Below are positions 1 through 12,383 of a DNA stretch of 64,000 nt, piece after piece (the first letter of the stretch is position 1; each line of letters starts with the position of its first letter). The DNA lies in assembly GCF_001194135.2 (NCBI RefSeq), contig NC_068991.1:78340545-78404544 (forward strand). Direction: 5' to 3'. A model generated the notes under the pieces. That model saw only the letters and a program-made list of their open reading frames with translations. It was not told where the DNA came from and made no database searches. The translations under genes were made by a program, and so were the position numbers. Source of the DNA: Octopus bimaculoides (taxonomy: Eukaryota).

Positions 1-215
1 CATGGGTTGGACGGTTCGACTGGGGTCTGGGAAGCCAGGAGGCTGCACCAGGCTCCAGTCTGATCTAGCAGTATTTCTACAGCTGGTTGCCCTTCCTAAC
101 GCCAACCACTCTGAGAGTGTAGTGGGTGCTTTTTTATGTGCCACTGGCACAGGGGCCAGAGGGGACTGGCACCGACCAGTCAAAGCGGTGCTGGCATCGG
201 CCATGGTCAGATGGT
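1..215 (-). mobile_element. RTE LINE 3' UTR fragment
   Basis: Reverse complement of the segment AAAAGCACCCACTACACTCTC...TTAGGAAGGGCA..CCAGCTGTAGAAA...CCAACCCATG that follows the RT remnant at 40160-40784. Confidence 0.75.
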
Positions 216-382
216 GCTATTATATATAATAATAATATTAACAACAACAATACCAGGATGTTATTTATAATAGTTTAATACATCACATTTCCACACATCA
301 GAGTCAGTATTATCCATGGGCATCATCAGCATTCCATTTCATCAGGCAATACTGAATAAATGGATGAACTACAAAGGGAAGG

Positions 383-901
383 CCAGTATGAAGGGCAATC
401 CAGCTATGTGGGTCTTTCTGTATGTAATTGGTAGGGAGGTGGTTGATGGCAGTGTTGGATTTGTTTGCTATTCATTCTACAGATTCTGAGAATGGTCATT
501 CATTCAGCAGATTTAAGGATTGTAGTTTACCTCTTTGTTCTATTTCATTCAAGACAGGACTCTCCCTCAATAAATTCTGAACCCAACAGGTGGTCACCTG
601 TTATATTATCACCATAAGAAGGGTGGTATTAATCAATGTAGTCAACAAACCCTACTCTATTGCAGCTGACCACCTGTTAGGTTTAGAATTTATTGAGGGA
701 GAGTTAGGTTTTGAATGAAACAGAACAAAGAGATATATACTACAATCAGTAAATCTGCTGAATGAATCAATGACCATTCTTAAAATCTGCAGATTGAATA
801 GCAAATAACCCCCCCCCCCGCATATTACTCTCATCACCTACCTATCTACCCCTACCAATTACATACAAAAATACTCAGAGCTAGACTGGCCTTCATACTG
901 G
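383..901. repeat. Degenerate fold-back inverted repeat (MITE-like), arms about 220-240 bp
   Basis: 383-600 is an imperfect reverse complement of 663-901 (CCAGTATGAAGG / CCTTCATACTGG; CTCCCTCAATAAATTCT / AGAATTTATTGAGGGAG; AACAGGTGGTCA / TGACCACCTGTT), with a spacer of about 62 nt. Confidence 0.75.
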
Positions 902-1246
902 TAAGAAGGGATAAGCATCCTTCTGTGATTCATCTAATTATATAGTATCACATGAAATTGATCTGTACTGTACTAATCTCAAAGATACCGACTATGATGT
1001 CAAAATTGTCTGATCTGTGGAAACGTGCGTAGCGATGTATTAAATATTTATCCCACATTATATCAGTATAGCCATGATAGTGTTTCAGTACCAAAAACAC
1101 TACATAAAACATAAATGAAAAGTGTTGCCCGTCAAATCAGAATGAGTGCAGTCTTTTGCCAAGCCAGCTCCTGTCAAACCACTGTCCAACACATGCCAGT
1201 ATGGAAAGGGGTTAAATGATGATGATAAGGGGCACAAGAGTGGCTG

Positions 1247-1386
1247 TGTGATAATTAACTTGCTTACCAACCACACGGTTCAGTCCCACTGCATGGCACC
1301 TTGGGCAAGGGTCTTCTACTATAGCCTTGAGTCGACCAAAGCCTTGTGAGTGGATTTGGTAGACAGAAACTGAAAGAAGCCCATTG

Positions 1387-1419
<33 letters not shown>
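1247..1419 (+). mobile_element. SINE family A (tRNA-like head), 5' part running into (TA)n and a gap
   Basis: Matches the copy at 36346-36766 (GGTTCAGTCCCACTG..GCACCTTGGGCAAG..GTGGATTTGGTAGAC.GAAACTGAAAGAAGCCC). Confidence 0.75.
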
Positions 1420-1821
1420 NNNNNNNNNNNNNNNNNNNNNNNNNNNNNNNNNNNNNNNNNNNNNNNNNNNNNNNNNNNNNNNNNNNNNNNNNNNNNNNNN
1501 NNNNNNNNNNNNNNNNNNNNNNNNNNNNNNNNNNNNNNNNNNNNNNNNNNNNNNNNNNNNNNNNNNNNNNNNNNNNNNNNNNNNNNNNNNNNNNNNNNNN
1601 NNNNNNNNNNNNNNNNNNNNNNNNNNNNNNNNNNNNNNNNNNNNNNNNNNNNNNNNNNNNNNNNNNNNNNNNNNNNNNNNNNNNNNNNNNNNNNNNNNNN
1701 NNNNNNNNNNNNNNNNNNNNNNNNNNNNNNNNNNNNNNNNNNNNNNNNNNNNNNNNNNNNNNNNNNNNNNNNNNNNNNNNNNNNNNNNNNNNNNNNNNNN
1801 NNNNNNNNNNNNNNNNNNNNN

Positions 1822-2108
1822 TTCATAAGCCTAGTATTTATTCCATCAGTCTCTTTCGCTGAACTGCTAAGTTACAGGGGACATAAACACACCAGCATCG
1901 GTTGTCAAGTGATGTTGGGAGGACAAACATAGACACACAAATTTATATATACATGACAGGCTTCTTTCAGTTTCCGTCTACCAAATCCACTCACAAGGCT
2001 TTGGTTGACTCGAGGCTATAGTAGAAGACACTTGTCCAAGGTGCCATGCAGTGGGACTGAACCCTGAACCGTGTGGTTGGTAAGCAAGCTACTTACCACA
2101 CAGCCACT
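1822..2108 (-). mobile_element. SINE family A
   Basis: Reverse complement of 36346-36766; a second partial copy follows at about 2125-2270. Confidence 0.75.
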
Positions 2109-2374
2109 CCTATATATATATGGCAAGCTTCTTTCTGTCTCCGAAATCAGTTCACAAGGCTTTGGTGTGCCAGTGGTTTTTGTAGACGATACTTATTCAA
2201 GGTACCATGCAGTGGGACCGAACCCCAAAACCATGTGGTTGGGAAGCAAACTTCTTAGCCACAGAACTATGTTTACACCTTTATAAGATTGAAAAATATA
2301 ATTAAAAATTAGCAATAAATTCAATATGTTAAATGTAATATTACCCATGATAACACACCCATGAAGCTGCTATA

Positions 2375-2530
2375 TAGTCACTTGGTCTGCTAGAAATAGC
2401 AGCTAAAGCTACGTCACTGCTTTCTTAAAAGACAATGAACAATATAGTCCCAGATATACAAAAAAAAAGGGAGATGGCCATGGTAGGATTGACTTTAATA
2501 ACAGGTTTGCTCACCAGGAGTTAAATAACA
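2375..2530 (+). repeat. Dispersed repeat family C (GGTCACTTG.CT.GCTAGAAATAGCAGC core)
   Basis: Same core recurs near 47690-47885, 57150-57190, 59225-59290 and reversed near 3530-3720, 4110-4270, 32400-32580, 34860-35380. Confidence 0.6.
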
Positions 2531-3930
2531 ATTCTCTTTTAGAGTTCCAAGAATTTTACTAGTAAGGCTTTCTTAAGAATTTTCTTATGTAGACAAGATT
2601 ATGTGAACAATATAGAAGAGGAAAAGCACATTGTGGTATTCATGCCTTTCCCTCAAAACAATACAAGTGAACTGAAGTGGCTACAACCAAGAATTGAAAT
2701 CCAGTCATAAAAAGCAAACATCATTTGCTCTGAACTAACAGAGGCTGCATTCAGTTATTTTCCCTCTCCAAAGAAGGATGGGTGGTGCTCTACTTTTTGA
2801 GAAGCACCAATATTAAATAAATCAAATTCTCTTTTACTCTATAATACATCTCTTCTTTCCCCACTAAATAGCGGGCATAGCATCCTGGCTTCTCTAAGCA
2901 GATATTATTTTAACAACATCAGAGAAAACACAAGAGGATTCGAAGCATAAATATTTTATAGTTTTTTATAGTTTTTGATTGGGAAGCTGTAGCAATGAAT
3001 AACAAAATTCCTGAATAAAACCTTGGGCAAATTCTAGTTTAATTTATTTTGAATTGTTCTACACTCTTCTTGTTCCTATACTATTTTCTTTTTAGCCTTT
3101 ATTCCCAGCATTTCCACCTCACTGTATGCGATTTACTATAAATAAATAGCTATCATATTTTATTTTATAGCTATTATATAACTATTATTATTATTTTTAT
3201 ATTTGGTCTGGCTTCAGAGGAAGTAGCAATTATGTTGATTATTGTGAAAGGAATTACTAAGATATATGATATCTTAAGAACCAGCTATCTGTTACAGCTG
3301 TGGTAACAGAACTTATTCTTAAAGAATAAGTAAGCGTCTAAAGTAAAAAAAAAAAAAATAAGGATGTGTGTGTGAAGAAGCAGAAAAACAAAACAAAAAA
3401 AAAATGACAATTAGTATTATGTATTATCAACAGAGGAAAACCAGCACTTTTATGAAAAGATAAGGGTGACTAAAAAAAAATTGCCATCAGCATATATACT
3501 TTGTAACTAATATAAGAATTATGGCTGGTGTTTGGCCCCAAGGTAATTCCTGATTTAGATCCAAGGCGTTCTAATTGTGATGTTTTTTCTTTAGGGAACT
3601 GTAGGACTATGTATGTCAAATGCCCTTTTATTTTTTAAAAACAATAGGATGTATTTTAAGAGCTTTTTGACTGCTATTTTTAGCATGTTGAGTAACCTAC
3701 ATAAGAGACTCAAGAGTTAAGGAGGGTGGCGGATTAGTAAAAATTGTTGAGTGGCAAATAGACTGCCTTGTGGCATATATTTTTGTTCTTTTACATTCTA
3801 ACTAACCCCCCCCCCATCAGGTTCAACTCTACATTCCAGCCTTCTGGTGGGAGGAGAGACTTGATTAAGACACCAATTGTTTATTTCAATAATGCCTCAG
3901 AAGGAGATCAACATTTGAGTTAAAGCAAAT

Positions 3931-4008
3931 TGCGTATGGATGAGTACAGCTGTGTGCAAAAGTGTCATACCCTAGCAGTAGAAGCGACCTGTGGAAGAGG
4001 TAGACCCG
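3931..4008 (+). mobile_element. Short RTE RT C-terminal remnant
   Basis: Translates RMDEYSCVQKCHTLAVEATCGRGRP, homologous to the 40213-40488 remnant. Confidence 0.55.
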
Positions 4009-5950
4009 TGACCAATGGTTCATTCTCAGCCCTGAGCATTTCACCCCTTTTTTAAACTCCAGACATAGGACATTGCATGTTTGATCGTCAATCTATCATC
4101 ACTGACAGTGAGATGGTTTAAGGGCTGTTTGGCTGCTATTTTCAGCAGGTCAAGCAACAACATAGAATCATCCTCGCTGATTCATCAAGTTCTCAGTAGT
4201 AGCGCAGGTGGTAAGCAGCTAAAATTGATATTTCTTTGGTTTTTAGTGCTGGGTAACAGCTATTAGCAACAGACTAGCTTTAATGCTACAAAAAAACCAC
4301 TGCTAAGCTCTTCACATTACATTAGAGGTATATTTCATCCTTAGCACCGCCACCATCATCATTTAATGTCTGTTATCCAGCATGAGTTAGGTGATTCGAC
4401 AGGATCTGGAAAGCTTGCACCAAGTTCCAGTGTCAGCTTTGGAATGGTTTCTATGGATAGATGCCCTTTCTAAGGTCAACCGAATTAATATTTTGGGTGC
4501 TTTATTCTTTAACCACCAATGCCAATGAGGTTGCTGAATAACTTTCAAGACAGAAAAAGAAAACAATCCCACGAGAGGGGAAGGTGGATTTATCCCAGGT
4601 GTTGAAAGGCTATAAAGCACGATAGAGAGACAAGCACAGGCATCTTGCTATAGAGGAGATACACAAGGCTACCCCACATTATATAGGAAAGGGTCAGAAT
4701 GGTTGAAAAGGAGATAAAAGAGGTAATAATGGAGAGACAGAGAAAGCACTTTGGTACAAGAAGGGTGAGCATAAGAGAAGAGGGGTACTTTCATAAGAGT
4801 GTGAGGGGGGAGAGTAACAAATGGTCTAATGCCTAATCAAGATTAATAGGGAAATTTTTGAGGGACCTCTTCCACACGAGGAATGTCCAGTTAATTGTAG
4901 TCAAACAAACTTGTGTAGTGAGCTACAAAATAATACTTAAGCTGACAACACACTGGTAATGAGAAGAAAGGTTCATTAGTGTTAATGATATTTCATGCTA
5001 GGAAAGGTAAGAACTCGGAAATTTAAATTCTCCTATTATAATTCCAGTCACATCTAAGGTTGCTTTATACAAAAGTAGTTCGACTCCAGTACTTGCCTGT
5101 TACTTTATTTTATCTATCTGGCAGATTAAAAGGCAAAATCAATTTCAGTTGGAACTGGCTTCCATTGCAGAAAACAAATGCAAAATATAGAAAAAGCTTT
5201 GGTATTTTACTCTTCCACAATGATTTTACTTGCTGACCACATGGTTCTTGGGTTCACTGCCTTGCATGGCATCTTGGGAAATGTCTTCTAGTATTAGCCC
5301 TAGGCTGAGCAAAGCCTTGAAAGTGAATTTGATAGATGAAAACTAAAAGAAACTGCTGGATGTATTTATAACCATACATATTCATAGAAACAAATAAAAA
5401 TGTGCGTCTGTCTCCTAGTGTTGACCTCACATGATAGCTGTGAATAAGTGTCACCATCATACAAGCAGTGCCATTTGTTTGTGGTCTTCTGCGAAAATAT
5501 GCCCAGCCATGGTGAAATATTACTATGCTTGGAAGTAGGAAGAGTACCTGGCTACATGTTCAAACGATGTTAATTGTTTTGAGAGCTCTTAACCTTATGG
5601 CTAAGAACATTTTCTCACAGTTTTAGTTCAAATGATGACCAAGTACATAAATTATAATTTGTAATCATCTTTTCACCAGCATGTAAAAAGCACCCTCTAC
5701 ACTCTGTAAAGTGGTTGGCATTAGGAAGGGCATCCAGCTGTGGAAACTGTGCCAAATGAGACAATTGGAGCCAAGACAGCTCCTGTCAAACTATCCAACT
5801 TATGTTAGCTAGAAAACGAACATTAAATGATGAAGATCGAAATAGCTCCAGAGAACGGTATCCCCCAAACAGGAAACTGGGTCCTGTACACTTGCAATAA
5901 AAGTGAACCCAGCAAAATGCATGCACACAAGGTGTTGTAATGTGGTGGTG

Positions 5951-6074
5951 TTAAACAGGGCGACATTTTGAGTCTACCACATATAAGAAAGGATTTAATG
6001 TTATACAATTTGACAATTTCGTGACGTTTTCCCCTTCCATTTTAGCAGGAGGCTTTTTCACTTTTTGCTGAATT
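5951..6074 (-). CDS. Candidate exon 2 of an unknown lysine-rich protein
   Basis: Acceptor ...CCCTGTCCTATAG at 6075-6076; phase 2 matches exon 1; reads (K)IQQKVKKPPAKMEGENVTKLSNCITLNPFLYVVDSKCRPV* (TAA 5953-5951). A weak internal donor GTG|GTAGAC may let the gene continue leftwards. Confidence 0.45.
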
Positions 6075-7221
6075 CTATAGGACAGGGTTCACTTTACCTA
6101 CTCTTAACATATTACATCACATGCTTTCAAATTACAATTGATTTTTAATTACCCACTTATCGTTTCCCGTGTTCAAGATAACGAAACAGATAACGACTAA
6201 TTTTTTTGTTATTCTCTTAGGAGTGCGTAGCAAAATGGATAAAACAGGAAAATCACAACCGAGCCTAAAAACTAAATGCATTTTAGAAGCCCGTGTGAAA
6301 TCTAAAAATTATATACCTACATACTAAGATATTTTCTTTGCAAATAATCAACAGGAGTTCACTAATTATTAATTAATCTAATAGTACATGAGAAGACGTT
6401 CACAAGAAGAAACGTGGTGTAGTGTTAAGATAATGAGGGAGTTTTAGTCGCTGGAATTAACTAAATAATATTCTTGGAATCCCCTAACATAAAATGGCGG
6501 GAGGGTCACAAGTGGAAATCCTTTGGTCATAGGCCTGATCTGGAGCAAGACAACTGGAAGAAATCTTATAATTATTTCAGAAGATATAAAACAGAAATAA
6601 TAATGGTTAATTGAAAATAATTCTGAAAATTAAGCAGCTTAAGCGACTGATTGAGACGGATTTAATTTAAATTTAATGACTGACTTTTAACACTGACACA
6701 AGGCAATAAATTTAGGCAGAAAGAGTATTATTTATAGACTAAATCCATGCTAAATAAATGACTGTTTATTTTGAGGAAATCGTAAAAATGAAAAGTAAAT
6801 TAAAAAATGAGAATATGAAGGGAGGAGGGAACACGTGGGATTTTTTTTCCATGTCAGTGATTGTTGGTAAGGTATATACGGTACTGGGGTATTTCGCAAA
6901 CGTAGTTGAAATAGAAATCAATTAATTGCGTTAGTTCTCGGTATTTCGGAAGGCAGTGTCACTAATTAATAAATTTAATAAACTAAATACTGAAATTTAT
7001 TAACAGGAGTTTTGTTTTCCCTTTAACATTACGTTCACGTCGATATTGCGCATGCGTCAACACATACATAGAAGCATACACGTGTTGTATATATACATAC
7101 ATATATATCTGTACATGTCTGTGTGTATGTGTATATATATATACTTATATATACACGTGTGTGTATATATATACATATACGCACATATTTATTTGTTATT
7201 TAAGATTTTGAGATAACTTAC

Positions 7222-7316
7222 TTCGGTTTCACTGTTGATTTTTCACCACTTTTCTTCACCCTTTTCGCAGATTTTTGACGGTGGACATGGGTTAATTTTT
7301 TCCTTTTATAACCCAT
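7222..7316 (-). CDS. Candidate first coding exon of an unknown lysine-rich protein
   Basis: ATG at 7316, MGYKRKKLTHVHRQKSAKRVKKSGEKSTVKP+AA, then a perfect GTAAGT donor (7221-7216); starts about 100-150 bp from promoter motifs. Confidence 0.55.
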
Positions 7317-7409
7317 TTTTTACCACTTTCCCCACAACTGCCAAGGTGCTGCCAACTTTTACTTTTTTTTTCTTCCTTCTATTAATTGTTTACCACAAAC
7401 GAAAACAAC

Positions 7410-7501
7410 GATTGGTCTTTTCCAAACTGAACCAACCAATGGCGAGTCGTTACACATAAGCTGTCATATGACGTCATTAATCTTCCCCCGATCGCCATTT
7501 C
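7410..7501. promoter_or_regulatory. Putative bidirectional promoter
   Basis: ATTGG (7411-7415) and CCAAT (7436-7440) boxes in opposite orientations, perfect CRE TGACGTCA (7469-7476), YY1-like CGCCATTTT (7493-7501), locally CpG-rich. Confidence 0.55.
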
Positions 7502-7607
7502 GAAGCACGTTGAGGCTTCGACTGAACGTCATTTTTGTGCAAATAATCGTTGTTTTTTTTTTCTTCCGAAATCAAAGAACTTAGGATCTTAAACACAACT
7601 GACAGCG
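7490..7607 (+). other. Putative non-coding first exon of the RBM4/lark-like gene
   Basis: Ends at a strong donor CAGCG|GTAAGA (GT 7608-7609); the ATG exon at 11256 begins with an acceptor, so an upstream exon is required. Start coordinate approximate. Confidence 0.5.
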
Positions 7608-10600
7608 GTAAGATCTCACGTTAAGTTTTTTTGCCAATCTATTTATGTAAACGATATATGATTTCCTCATTGTCCCCCTTCCCCAACCCCCGCCAAAATA
7701 TCTTCGGCGATGATATTGACGACGACGATGATGATGATGGCGATTGTGTTGGTTCCTTCTCTTGCAGGGAAACAAAAAAACAAAAACAAAACCCCCAGAA
7801 ATACTCTGTCCATTGTTTGCCAGCATCAGAAAAAGAAGACGATGTAAGATCTGTTGTCCCCCCCCCTAACTGACTGATGAGAGCCATTCATTATTTCAAG
7901 ACAATCCCCCCTCCTCCTCCACTCCCGCCATTCTTATTCCTTTCTCTATTTTCATCTTTTCTTTCTCTCTCTCTTTTGGTCCCATTCGCCATTATATATA
8001 TTTTTCCCTTTTCCTTTAAGAAAACTAAAACAAAAATGATTCATATTTTATAATTAACCTATCAAAATCATTAAAACGTATTCCTCCTGTCTTCACTTTC
8101 AATCCTCATTTTTCCTTCATTAAACGCAGAATAAATTACAAATATTTCTCTAATANNNNNNNNNNNNNNNNNNNNNNNNNNNNNNNNNNNNNNNNNNNNN
8201 NNNNNNNNNNNNNNNNNNNNNNNNNNNNNNNNNNNNNNNNNNNNNNNNNNNNNNNNNNNNNNNNNNNNNNNNNNNNNNNNNNNNNNNNNNNNNNNNNNNN
8301 NNNNNNNNNNNNNNNNNNNNNNNNNNNNNNNNNNNNNNNNNNNNNNNNNNNNNNNNNNNNNNNNNNNNNNNNNNNNNNNNNNNNNNNNNNNNNNNNNNNN
8401 NNNNNNNNNNNNNNNNNNNNNNNNNNNNNNNNNNNNNNNNNNNNNNNNNNNNNNNNNNNNNNNNNNNNNNNNNNNNNNNNNNNNNNNNNNNNNNNNNNNN
8501 NNNNNNNNNNNNNNNNNNNNNNNNNNNNNNNNNNNNNNNNNNNNNNNNNNNNNNNNNNNNNNNNNNNNNNNNNNNNNNNNNNNNNNNNNNNNNNNNNNNN
8601 NNNNNNNNNNNNNNNNNNNNNNNNNNNNNNNNNNNNNNNNNNNNNNNNNNNNNNNNNNNNNNNNNNNNNNNNNNNNNNNNNNNNNNNNNNNNNNNNNNNN
8701 NNNNNNNNNNNNNNNNNNNNNNNNNNNNNNNNNNNNNNNNNNNNNNNNNNNNNNNNNNNNNNNNNNNNNNNNNNNNNNNNNNNNNNNNNNNNNNNNNNNN
8801 NNNNNNNNNNNNNNNNNNNNNNNNNNNNNNNNNNNNNNNNNNNNNNNNNNNNNNNNNNNNNNNNNNNNNNNNNNNNNNNNNNNNNNNNNNNNNNNNNNNN
8901 NNNNNNNNNNNNNNNNNNNNNNNNNNNNNNNNNNNNNNNNNNNNNNNNNNNNNNNNNNNNNNNNNNNNNNNNNNNNNNNNNNNNNNNNNNNNNNNNNNNN
9001 NNNNNNNNNNNNNNNNGAACCATAGCTACTATTTCTAGCGTATCAGGCGACTGCCTAAAGCTACTTTCGATAGTGCGGTTTCTTATTAAATCATGAGATG
9101 TCTCTAGTTGTTGATTTGTAAGTAAACGGTGACTAGGGAGATTTTCTACCCAAAAGGGGGGCGACCATGTAGAGGTTACCTCGTGCCTGTCTCTGAGCAG
9201 TGCATGCTTCATGCATCTATGAATAAATGTGTATTAGTCATTCAGGTCACGTCGGAAGGTGAAATAGTTTTGTCGTGATGAAGCAAAGAAGTGTAGACAT
9301 TTCCAACAGAATCCGTTTTTTTTTTTTTTTTCGTCTGAGATAAACAAAGATGCTGAATAGATATATATCACTAAAGGTCCACAAATTCTGCTTTCAATGA
9401 TATGTTTTAGGGTGATGCTTTTAATTTCGTCTACAGATTATATGGCGAAGACTCACCTCTAATTAGGCTGAAATCTTACCGACCATGCTTTGATTTCTCT
9501 CTTTATATTTCTGGTCAGTACAATGGTAATTTTTTTTTTATTTGCAAAAGCAATGAAACATTAAATTTATATTTTTGGCTGCTGAGGAAACAATTCGATT
9601 CATTTAAATGATTTCAATTGATAATCAAAACCGACCCCCCCACCCCCACCGCGCACACGTTTTCTTTTCATTTCGAAGTTCTTTGTTGCGTTTTAATTGT
9701 CATCCACATCCAGCCAGCGGACGCGGGAAAGTGTCTCGAAATTCTTCAGTTAAATATTCACATCGTTAATTTCAACACTGGTTTGACTAACATGGTAGCT
9801 ATGATCAAATCTGTTCTAGGCATTGTGAAGCTCTCCATTCAAAAATAACTGTTTAACCTAACGTTTTGCCATGATGAGCAGTCATAATTTATCAGTTGGA
9901 ACAAACCATTCGTGATTTTATTGGGATCCTCAAATCAGTCAATAGCCCTAAACACGTCTCCAGTGAGTGCCCAGCTCCCTAAGCGCCATTGTTTAAAAAG
10001 CAAACTACAAACCGGCGCGGCTGAACACTAGATGTTCTTTCTAGCCATCACCATCTTGCCTGAGGTGGATTTGGCTGTTATTTCTGAAAGGTCTAATGAT
10101 TATATAGTAGCTCCCCTTCTTTTCGATGACTGCAAGCAGACATCATGAATGCTTTTTAACATATATTCCCTTGGGTTTCTTACTATCGAGCATCATCCAA
10201 TAGATCTAATTATTGCCACTGATATATTATACCGATTCAATACAATCGATTAGCCGCTCTCTAATTATTGGCCTTGTTTAGTCAAAACCGAACTTGATCC
10301 GCTAACATGACGCTGCGTAGCATCTGTTCATTTAATTGTTTTTCTATGATAAAGGGTTATCTGTGTTGAATTGAGTGAATAAAATGTATAATTAAAATTG
10401 ACACAATTAGCTCAATTGTATCTATATTATTTTAACGAGTTTATTTTCTATTCAATTAGCATTCCCATCTCAGATGGAGGAAATTAAATGTTAATAAAAA
10501 TTATATATTGCCTTTTATTTTGTCTTCAATAATTTCCTTTCTGGCAAGAAAGAAGGCTTATTTTGCTTAATTTCCTGAGTAGCAAATAAATACAGGAAAA

Positions 10601-11267
10601 CCTTTTGCATTCTACGTCTCTTTCTATTCAAGTGATGGGAGAATTTTTTAAAATAAAGCAACGAAACCATACCAGCGCTGTTATAATTTTGTCTTTCGGG
10701 CACCTTGTTATATTGAAGGAGTAAACTTTCGTAATTTCCTCCGTTTTTGTTACACATGAGGTACATTATATTCTGCAATGTTTATACGATATAATATATA
10801 TTTAGAAATGTTTCGCAACCGAATCCAAAGTGTCAGTCTTCGGTCACGCAATAACACTGATAGTACAAAAGAAAAAGCGCTTATTTAAACACTTTTCATT
10901 TACTACAGATACAAGTTTATTTTCGTTCTATATGTGTTTTCTGAAGTAGTTAACCGTCGCAAATGAAGCCAACTAAAAATAGAATGGAGTTAGATTCAAC
11001 TGAACGAACTTGCTGCTTGCATCACAGCACCCGACCGTAAAGCACTTCTTTCTGCAACAGTTATATTATTGCCTTTTTTGATGTGGAGAATATAACGAAA
11101 AAGGATTATTTGGCATTCTTTCGGCGCCGAAAGAATGCCGATTATTTCTCTGTGTGTGTTTTTTTATATTTATTTGTTGTTAATAAATGATGCTGCGATG
11201 TGTAATTGATTCGTGATTCTTCACGTACCAATGATTGTCTTTGTTCTCCTTTCAGCAGCCGCTAACA

Positions 11268-11390
11268 ATGCCTACAAAAATATTCGTTGGTAACGTTAAC
11301 CCCACCACCAAAGCAGAACAATTACGGGTTTTGTTCGAGAAATATGGCAAAGTCACCGAGTGTGACATAATAAGAAATTATGCTTTTGTG
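11268..11390 (+). CDS. RBM4: lark/RBM4-like RRM protein, coding exon 1 (RRM N-half)
   Basis: [41 protein letters not shown] has RNP2 KIFVGN and the RBM4/lark-type [14 protein letters not shown]1; NAGNAG acceptor TTCAGCAG at 11251-11258; GTAAGC donor at 11391, phase 0. Confidence 0.88.
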
Positions 11391-11854
11391 GTAAGCTCTT
11401 TGTTTCTTTTATTTTCAAAACACTAATCACTGTCGATTGTTTTTAAATAGCTTCGTTTTGTCCTGGTGGTAAGGATGATTAATGACTCACCAGTGCGAGC
11501 CAGTTTAACCTATTTATTTGAATAACGGTGAATATGATAACCACAGGGGTGAATCTGCTTTTACGGATGTAATTTTGTCTCCTTTACCGTTTCAAGTTAG
11601 GCCTTTGCTAAAATTCCTTCATTTCTCGGCGAGGATAAAATATGTGCCAATGTTTATGCGGAGTCTATATGGTTTAGAAATCAAGTGATAATTTGTGTTG
11701 GTGAATCGGAATGGTAGTCAAAATCGAAGTCTAAGCTTGTTTTTTGTCCAGGTTTGTCTTGTTTGAACAGAATTAATATCAAGGATATTCTAGTCTTGGC
11801 CATATTTTTTCCAGTTTGGATGCGATTTCTACGAGGTTCAGTGATTGCATAGAG

Positions 11855-11974
11855 CAGTGGTTCCCAGCCCGTTTATTCAAATGAGTTTTCCCACGGACCC
11901 CTTTTAATATGCTTATCCTTATATTTATATAAAATTTTGAATTTAGTTCACGGACCCCAGGTTGGGAACCACTG
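11855..11974. mobile_element. hAT-type MITE, 120 bp
   Basis: TIRs CAGTGGTTCCCA / TGGGAACCACTG; 8-bp TSD GCATAGAG (11847-11854) / GCGTAGAG (11975-11982), one mismatch. Confidence 0.85.
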
Positions 11975-12383
11975 GCGTAGAGGTTCCTCTGTTGTGTTGT
12001 GAGATCTGTCAGGAGTTAACGTTTCCGTTGAAGCCCTTCACCAGGTGAGAAGTGTGTTGGAAAGGTATATTTAGGCCTACTAATGCAGTGTGGATGAAAG
12101 GCGGTCTGAAATGTTACTCTACATATAAACGTCATGTGAACTAACAAGATAGCTTCCTGTGCAGAAATTTCCACTCCTTTTTGTCTTTTAAACATTTTGA
12201 TGTGCTCGTTGCACTTTGCTGTAAAGGAACATGCATGTGTTGGAGCAGTGCATTGAAACACTGCAATTTTCTAAATATATTAGGCGACTATTTCTTGAAC
12301 TGCTAAAGATAGAGCCTGGATCTATTCAGAGTTGAATAACTGCATGCATATATATTGCCACTTATCTTCATGCCTTTGGTAAA

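Noticed and set aside
1212-1932. Long ORFs containing X runs (also 8136-9212, 13476-13856, 25359-25970, 57718-58805)
   Set aside because: They are open only because N gaps contain no stops; flanks are SINE or microsatellite sequence
2560-3130. Faint RT-like words on the minus strand (SNPLVFSLML, FRANDVCFL)
   Set aside because: Too degraded, with many stops, to call a LINE by eye
7581-7887. Overlapping ORFs with poly-D/H/S and a CxxC (RSYRCQLCLRS)
   Set aside because: Built on a (GAT/GAC)n tract in the first intron just after the 7608 donor; no domain continuity
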